From contig OX597817.1 in assembly GCA_951406725.2 (NCBI GenBank), forward strand, positions 118,172,001 to 118,236,000: a stretch of 64,000 bases of DNA, written 5' to 3'. The DNA comes from Octopus vulgaris. Its lineage: Eukaryota. Under the pieces are notes generated by a model that saw only the letters and a list, made by a program, of their open reading frames with translations, searched no databases and was not told the DNA's origin. Within the stretch, counting starts at the first letter, position 1. Every line of letters begins with the position of its first letter. A program made the position numbers and the translations under genes. Shown here in pieces: positions 57,225 to 64,000 of this stretch.

Positions 57225-57420
57225 ATTTTATCGGTCTCTTGGTTTTCTACGGGGGTATAAATATACCAAAAGCAGTTGTCAAATGGTGTACAACAGGCTT
57301 CCACACAATTTCCGTCAACAAATCCACCAACAAGGCAGTGATCGACTCGCGGAGATATTAGAACCCACTACATTACGATTACGTGTAGTGAAAATGACTT
57401 TGAAACCACGTAGTTTCAGA
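57225..57420 (-). mobile_element. SINE family B, degenerate
   Basis: Reverse complement resembles the family B body (ggatttgttgacggaaattgtgtggaagcctgt). Confidence 0.6.
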
Positions 57421-57442
57421 GGGATGCCTGTATAGTATATAA

Positions 57443-57673
57443 GGCGGCGAGCTGGCAGAATCGTTAGCAAGCCGGGCGAAATGCTTAGCGGTATTTCGTC
57501 TGCCGCTACGTTCTGGGTTCGAATTCCGCCGAGGTCGACTTTGCCTTTCATCCTTTCGGGGTCGATAAATTAAGTACCAGTTACGCACTGGGGTCGATAT
57601 AATCGACTTAATTCGTTTTTATGTCCTTGTTTGTCCTCTCTGTGTTTAGCCCCTTGTGGGTAGTAAAGAAATA
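57443..57673 (+). mobile_element. Young full-length tRNA-derived SINE, family A
   Basis: Box A tggcagaatcg, box B ggttcgaattcc, core gcctttcatcctttcggggtcgataaattaagtaccag, and a 9-bp TSD agtatataa (57434-57442 and 57674-57682). Confidence 0.92.
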
Positions 57674-58291
57674 AGTATATAACTGGAAAACTTTCCTCCA
57701 TCGGTCTGTCTTCACATCGTGAATTCTTCAAAGCCAATCTTTCTACTTTTCATTAGTCTTTAATTCCTTCTCACTTCTTTTCATTTAGCTATCTCCACTA
57801 TTCCGCAGCTGGTACATCGCTGAATTTCTGACTTTCTGCCCTAGGCATTTTCCTTCTTATTGAAAGCTTTGCGATCCCGGTAGTTTAAAAAGTCTGTTAT
57901 TGCCCTGATGAAATTCGTTTCATTTAACTTGGTTCTACTGAGAATCTTTCTCCTTCTACTACCTCATCATAAATCCTCTCATTTATTCTCAGTATCCCTT
58001 TCACCCTATCTCACTAACTCTCATACTTTCAATTTCCATTATCTCTCGACCCTTAGCTCTTGACTTCATATTCAGTCTTACGACTCTAATAATATTAACG
58101 TTGTAACTATGTCAGTTTTTTTTTTGTTTGTCTACCAAATTCTTCATTCATCGATACTTTTCCTGCTTCAATACAACAAAAACCTCTCACTCTCTCTTTG
58201 TTTTTTACTTCTTCGACTTACTATTTTACTTTTCTCGTGTCGTTTTGTTTAATAGTATCGTTTTTTGTTTATCACTACCCATCTAGCTGTT

Positions 58292-58330
<39 letters not shown>

Positions 58331-58550
58331 CTTTCTCTCTCTACTCTTTCTCGTTATCAAGTCCTCCTACCTCCTCTGGTCTTGCATCTTTCTCTCTTCC
58401 TTATTCCCCATTCTCTATTATTATCTACTGATATTTCCTCTATATTTTCGTATCACCTCCATACCAACCTACTATCGCAAAGTCTTTTATTCACATATTT
58501 TCTCTTTTCCTCTCTCTCTCTCATTGCCTCTCTCGCTTTCTGTTTGTCTT

Positions 58551-58624
<74 letters not shown>

Positions 58625-58644
58625 GTACTCATCAATTCCTTTAT

Positions 58645-59366
58645 ATCTCTCACTGTAATTTCTTTAGCTTTGTCACTGACGGTCTAATATTATCAATGAT
58701 TCTTTCACCTTTGCCTTTTTTTCTTTCTCTACCCTCTTGTATAGTTTATTATAGCCCCTAATTTGTATTCATTATCTACTAATTTGTCTTCTTATCCGTT
58801 TTTTATATACGCCTACCTTTCTCACACATCTTCACAGTCAGATATCGAAATGTTTTACCATTCCTCATTATGACTCTAATGCTACAGGATACCAATGTGA
58901 AAAGTGTTTTACATATACACTTTCACCATTTCCAGGTATTTGTGGGCCTGTCACATATGATATATCTTTCAATCTAATTCTGTTTCATCCACGTCGCCCA
59001 TGATTACACAAAAAGCGATTTAATGAGGGCCTCCATGTAATCATTCTCTCCCTCCGAAAAAGCTGCAACATATCTCATATGACTGAACCTCAATTTCCTC
59101 CCCAAACGTGCCATCTAATCAGTAACGAAGAAGCTGACTAATATAATGTTGCGTGAATAATACGGCACTGTACATTGCAGTTGCCAAGGTGACAGGTCTT
59201 CATAAACTCCAAACTTACCCCCCGTTTCTACGAACCCGGAGCTCTGATTATCATATAAGATGACAAATGACATCTCTCACTGTAATTTCTTTAGCTTTGT
59301 CACTGGCGGTCTAATATTATCAATGATTCTTTCACCTTTGCCTTTTTTTCTTTCTCTACTCTCTTG
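58645..59366. repeat. 95-bp dispersed direct duplication (58645-58739 and 59272-59366)
   Basis: Two mismatches between the copies, which are 627 bp apart. Confidence 0.95.
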
Positions 59367-59886
59367 AAGGAGCCTAGGGTCAATGAAGTAAACGTTATAT
59401 TTGGTGGAGATCCTCATGACAAAACAGAGAGAGGAGAGAAGGGAAAACACAGTACCGTTAACATAACCTTTTTATATCAATGTTAAAGGTGCATTTTATT
59501 TTATAATACCACAAGTCTAATTTAATTTTTCTAAAATTTATCTTATGCATGGTCTTCTACGATTGCTAATTTATGATCCGAGGCAATTCCTTCTACCATA
59601 TGAATTGAAGTCAAATTTTATTCAATACGTTTCCAGGGAAAATGCTTGCTATGATGGTATCGTTAAAATTGTGCTGCAATGAAACCTCTCAAAAGAGCAG
59701 AATGGAGACTATTATACGTATTCAAGTTTCATTATTCGCCTTCCATATTTGCTTCAACGAACAGAGAATGTGATGACACAGGCTTACTGATTTCACCACT
59801 GAAACTTACTCGTGGATACATACATATATACATGCAGAAATACATATATACATATGTTACATATATATCTACGCACGCACACTCGC

Positions 59887-59949
<63 letters not shown>

Positions 59950-60260
59950 TGCATAGTCTCACGAAATTTAATTCAGTCATGGAGCTGAGTCAAACTGTTA
60001 TGAAACACGTACCTGCAACCAAAAGAGTACAAAGCAATTGCCTTTCGTTTGTTCACTTATATATGTGCATGTGTGTGTGTCTTTCAATGTGTGTACGTGT
60101 TAGTGCTCTCGAATAAGTGTGTGTATATAAATGTGTGTATATAGATGGATGAAGGATATAGAGAGATGTGTGAACGTCATTTATGTTTACGATGAATTAA
60201 CTTCATAATATAAATATACGTATGCTAACACACATGTACACAAACATGCGAACACGCAGA

Positions 60261-60324
<64 letters not shown>

Positions 60325-61691
60325 CTTATCATTAATAGTATGTTATTAAATCATAAGAATTAAGCATCGAAAAATGAATAATTACTAACACCACGCATGC
60401 GCAGTATAATGAATCTGACATCAATAGGCATTGCGCAACGGAACATATCTAAATATTTTTCATTAAATATTCATATATCAGAGGGCCATCAAACTTTGCT
60501 GCAGAAATTTTAACCTGGAATAAGAATTATATTAAAGTAATTATGTTCTCGCTAAAGATTACATTTCCATTATACTAGAAGCAAACTTGTTACCCTCCGT
60601 ATGTCAAATTCTGCATCTTAGTGAAACATGAATCTTTGACCCAGTTGAATGAAAGTCATTCAGAAAAACTACATTAATGTTCTCTTAAAATGCAAGGGGC
60701 ACGAAATGTCAGCAATGTTTCTCTGTTATACATAGTAACGACTTTGCTCATCGTATATTTTTGTTCGATAATTTAATATCAATTTCTGTTTTGCATGCAA
60801 GGAACTTAAAAGCGTACAAGAGAGGAAAAAAGTGTATGAATTTAGATGCGTAAATTCAATTCATACGGAATGAAATGTACGTTCTTTTTGCGAGAGATAT
60901 TCTGCAGTTGTCGTAATCCGGAAATACATAAACATACTGTTTGCATATATAAGCTTATGAGTGACAATAAACGCCTAGCTTTATGAATGAATATATTTAG
61001 CAACTAATACCAAAATGGTAGTTTCAGAAAACACGCACACAATACATTTAAATGTACAATAAAGATATTTTCAATGGCATCGAATTTTCAATGACATATG
61101 TATCGTTTTCTTCACTCGTGCACAAATCTCAGTTGGGATTTAAATATTTTTCTTCTGTTCTTCCATGACGCTTTAGCTTCATATGATCGTTTTTAATTTT
61201 GTTATTTTCGCAGTATTTATTTTATTACATCCATTCATGATGGAAACTTACGGTCGCTGTGTTGTAAATAGAAAACCCAAATACTAAATACAGCACACAA
61301 ATGAACCTTTTTTAAATATTTATATCATTGAAGCCAATCAATGCATCTACGATAGGTCTATTTATGACCTTAGATCTTGTGCATCTCGTGACAGTATAGT
61401 TTTAGAATCTAAAATGCAATAATTCTTAAAAGGATATTGCGTCATAAAGTATTGAGCATCTAACACTTATTGCGATGTTATATTTTGCCACGACTATATT
61501 TTATTATAGTTAATGGTGTGTTGGAATTTTTCAGGCAGATTATTTTATGCTTAATAGGTATGTATGTATGTATGTATGTATGTATGTAGGTAGGTAGGTA
61601 GGTAGGTCGGTCGGTAGGTAGGTAGGTAGGTATGTAGGTAGGTAGGTAGGTAGGTAGGTAGGTAGCTAGATATATAGATAGATAGATAGAC

Positions 61692-61732
<41 letters not shown>

Positions 61733-61745
61733 TATAGATAGATAT

Positions 61746-61876
61746 GTTTCTTTATTAGCCACACAGGGCTGCAAACAGACAGGACAAATTACAAGGTAGA
61801 GCTTTTCTTTTTGGGGGTAAAAAAAGGGGATTGGTTTTCGATCAAAAGGGATCGTAAAAGGAAAGAAAGAGGACAA
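61746..61876 (-). mobile_element. Retroposon (probably LINE) 3' UTR fragment
   Basis: The minus strand ends ttgtcctgtctgtttgcagccctgtgtggctaataaagaaa, similar to the tail of the SINE at 57625-57670. Confidence 0.55.
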
Positions 61877-62022
61877 GGGGGGGGGGGGGGGGTAAAATAA
61901 AAAAAAAAAGATAGATAGATAGATATCCGAAAAGTATAGTATTAAATATCCATAACGGCTGGTCTTACAAATTGGTTTCGTGTAAGGAATACAATGGAGC
62001 GTTTTGGTAACAATCCGATTAT

Positions 62023-62491
62023 TTACATCATTTACATTGAACGGATTTGTGTACTCATCTTGTTCGTCGTTACGACAACGTTTCCGATGATTTACCCTTC
62101 AGCCTTCATCAGCTTTCCTGGTAGAATTTTGAACCCAACCCAGGGTTCTTTCTGCTAAGGTTATTATTATCTATTCAAGGAACTGTCTGAAATTGGACTC
62201 GAAATCTTGGTGTTAGTAGCCCCTACTCTTAACCATTACGCTATATGCCCGTGGGATTCCGAGTGAAATTCCAGGCAGTGCCTTGAAATAATTATTATAA
62301 TTATAACATCAGCAAAAAAAAAATACCTTGGGAATCGGAACCCAGTGTTCGACTCAAAATTCTACCAGGACACCTGGTGAAGGCTGGAGAGTAAATCAGC
62401 CGAAACGTTGTGGTAACAACAAACCAGATGAGGACAAATAACCGTTGAATGTAAATAATGTACAGAATACCTCATCTCTAAAATATAGAGC
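62023..62491. mobile_element. Palindromic tRNA-headed, hammerhead-containing retroelement with a 14-bp TSD
   Basis: TSD aacaatccgattat at 62009-62022 and 62492-62505. Minus-strand unit 62250-62023 and 5'-truncated plus-strand unit 62255-62491. Box A TAGCGTAATGG (62243-62233). An HHR motif in each arm. Confidence 0.85.
62369..62414 (+). ncRNA. Minimal hammerhead motif (mirror copy on the minus strand at ~62072-62117)
   Basis: gacac-CTGGTGA-a-ggctg(N10)cagcc-GAAA-cg-TT-gtggt. The mirror copy has an intact CTGATGA but damaged stems, so together they imply an ancestral CUGAUGA core. Confidence 0.7.
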
Positions 62492-64000
62492 AACAATCCG
62501 ATTATATAACTTTACGTTCATCACAGTTAGCCGATATAGAAGGGAATATGGCGACAGCTCTCTTATAGTCGGAGAGGAGTTAGCACAACCGGTCATTGGC
62601 TGCTGTGAAAAAAGTGGTAAAACGAAAAAGAGGTCAAGGGATTAGGTTAGAAGTTATGTCCCTACGTTGAGTATACTGTTAAGTAGGCAAGAGTTATCTT
62701 TAAGTGGAGAAGATGTGTATTATTAATGTGGTGCGCCTGTGGGATGGGGTGTGTAATATGTGTAATAGAGTCATATGCATATTTTTATCTGGTTGTGTAG
62801 GTATATATAGGTGTGTTCATTGGTCTGTTTTCTTTCTGTAAAGGATAAAGTTGTGTGCTTTTTGTTAGCGTGCGGTTTGTAAAGTGTTATGTATGTGGGG
62901 GGTCTGTGCATGTGCAGGGGTACAATTTGTGTGCAGGTGTAGGGGAATTTTATTTTGTGTGGTGTCTGCCTTATAGGGGTGTGCGTGTGTGTACATGGGT
63001 GCATTGGTGTGTGCTTTGGTCAAACTATTTTTATCGAGCTCTGTCGCATTGGTGGGATGTCGTTGGGGGGAGGGTCGAAGCAGGGGCCCTGCGGTTGCAG
63101 TCATGGAGGGGCGGGTACATACGATAGGATGTACTTCTTTTCATGCGATCAAGGATTAAACACCTCATACCAGCTATTCAAGAAGACATCCAAGTGTTGG
63201 TATATATATATTGATTTATTTATATTTACATATGTGTGTGCGTATGTATATATATATTCATATATACATACATGCATACATACATATATAAAAAGTGAAA
63301 ATGTGGTTAATGTTATAATACATGATCTGTGGTTTACAATTATTTCAAAAATTCTAGGTTACTAAACATACATCAGGTATGCAGGTATTCATGATTCTAA
63401 CCATAATTTAGTGTAGAATATATTATGCAGCCGGCAGTTGTTCTCTGGAACCGATTGAATAAGTATTACTTTATCCATTTAGTTCTGCAGAAACAACTGC
63501 CAGTGTTCTTATATATATACTACATAATATTTATGACTAAACCGTCGCTATTGTCAACGCTATAGACATGGTGTGTAATTGTTCACTCAAGAGTTGTGGA
63601 AATTGTAGCAAGTATTGAAATAAATGTCATGCCATATACACCGAGTTTCACTTATTTTATAAATCCTGTAGAACGGAAGTAAACTTTACGGAATGTTTTT
63701 CAAGTTATTAACTAAGTTGGTCAATAGACATATCCATAAAGAAAGGAAGGTTGCACAGAACAGATTACTGCTTCCATAGCCTGTATACATAGCAAAGATT
63801 TCAGTATACTTGTGCAGGAAACATCCCTATTCCATTGCAGCAAACTTCCAAAATCATGTTTTCTTTCTAAGACTGTCAATCAAATAGCTATAAAAGCCGC
63901 ACTGAAAAAAAATATATTAAAATAATGCTTGCATAAATATACACAGGCAATCAATCTATCCGTTTTAAACATGAGCAATACTGAACTAGATATTCCACTT

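Noticed and set aside
58990-59460. Candidate host exons in more complex sequence (also 17870-18200, 25840-26100, 63660-63860)
   Set aside because: No recognisable protein motif or convincing open frame with splice sites. Small exons cannot be excluded without RNA-seq.

Overview
AT-rich, microsatellite-saturated animal DNA. The SINE families and (TA/CA/AAT/GATA)n load look like an octopus (coleoid cephalopod) genome, which is an inference. I could not support any host protein-coding exon, and almost all supplied ORFs are translations of simple repeats. The window holds many decayed transposons: R4/Dong-type RLE retrotransposons next to AAT/TAG tracts, CR1-group LINE pieces, three tRNA-derived SINE families, Penelope-like elements (PLE, GIY-YIG), mariner, maT and Chapaev-like DNA transposon remnants, MITEs and Helitron-like elements, plus a 100-N gap. 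The main signal is about 11 minimal type-I hammerhead ribozyme (HHR) motifs from several unrelated repeat families, often in head-to-head palindromes. One is a 469-bp palindromic insertion with a 14-bp target-site duplication that joins a tRNA-like Pol III head to an HHR (a SINE/retrozyme-like element). In two palindromes, and possibly a third, the inversion centre falls on the HHR stem-III palindrome. All calls are by eye, and boundaries are approximate unless a TSD or TIR is quoted.
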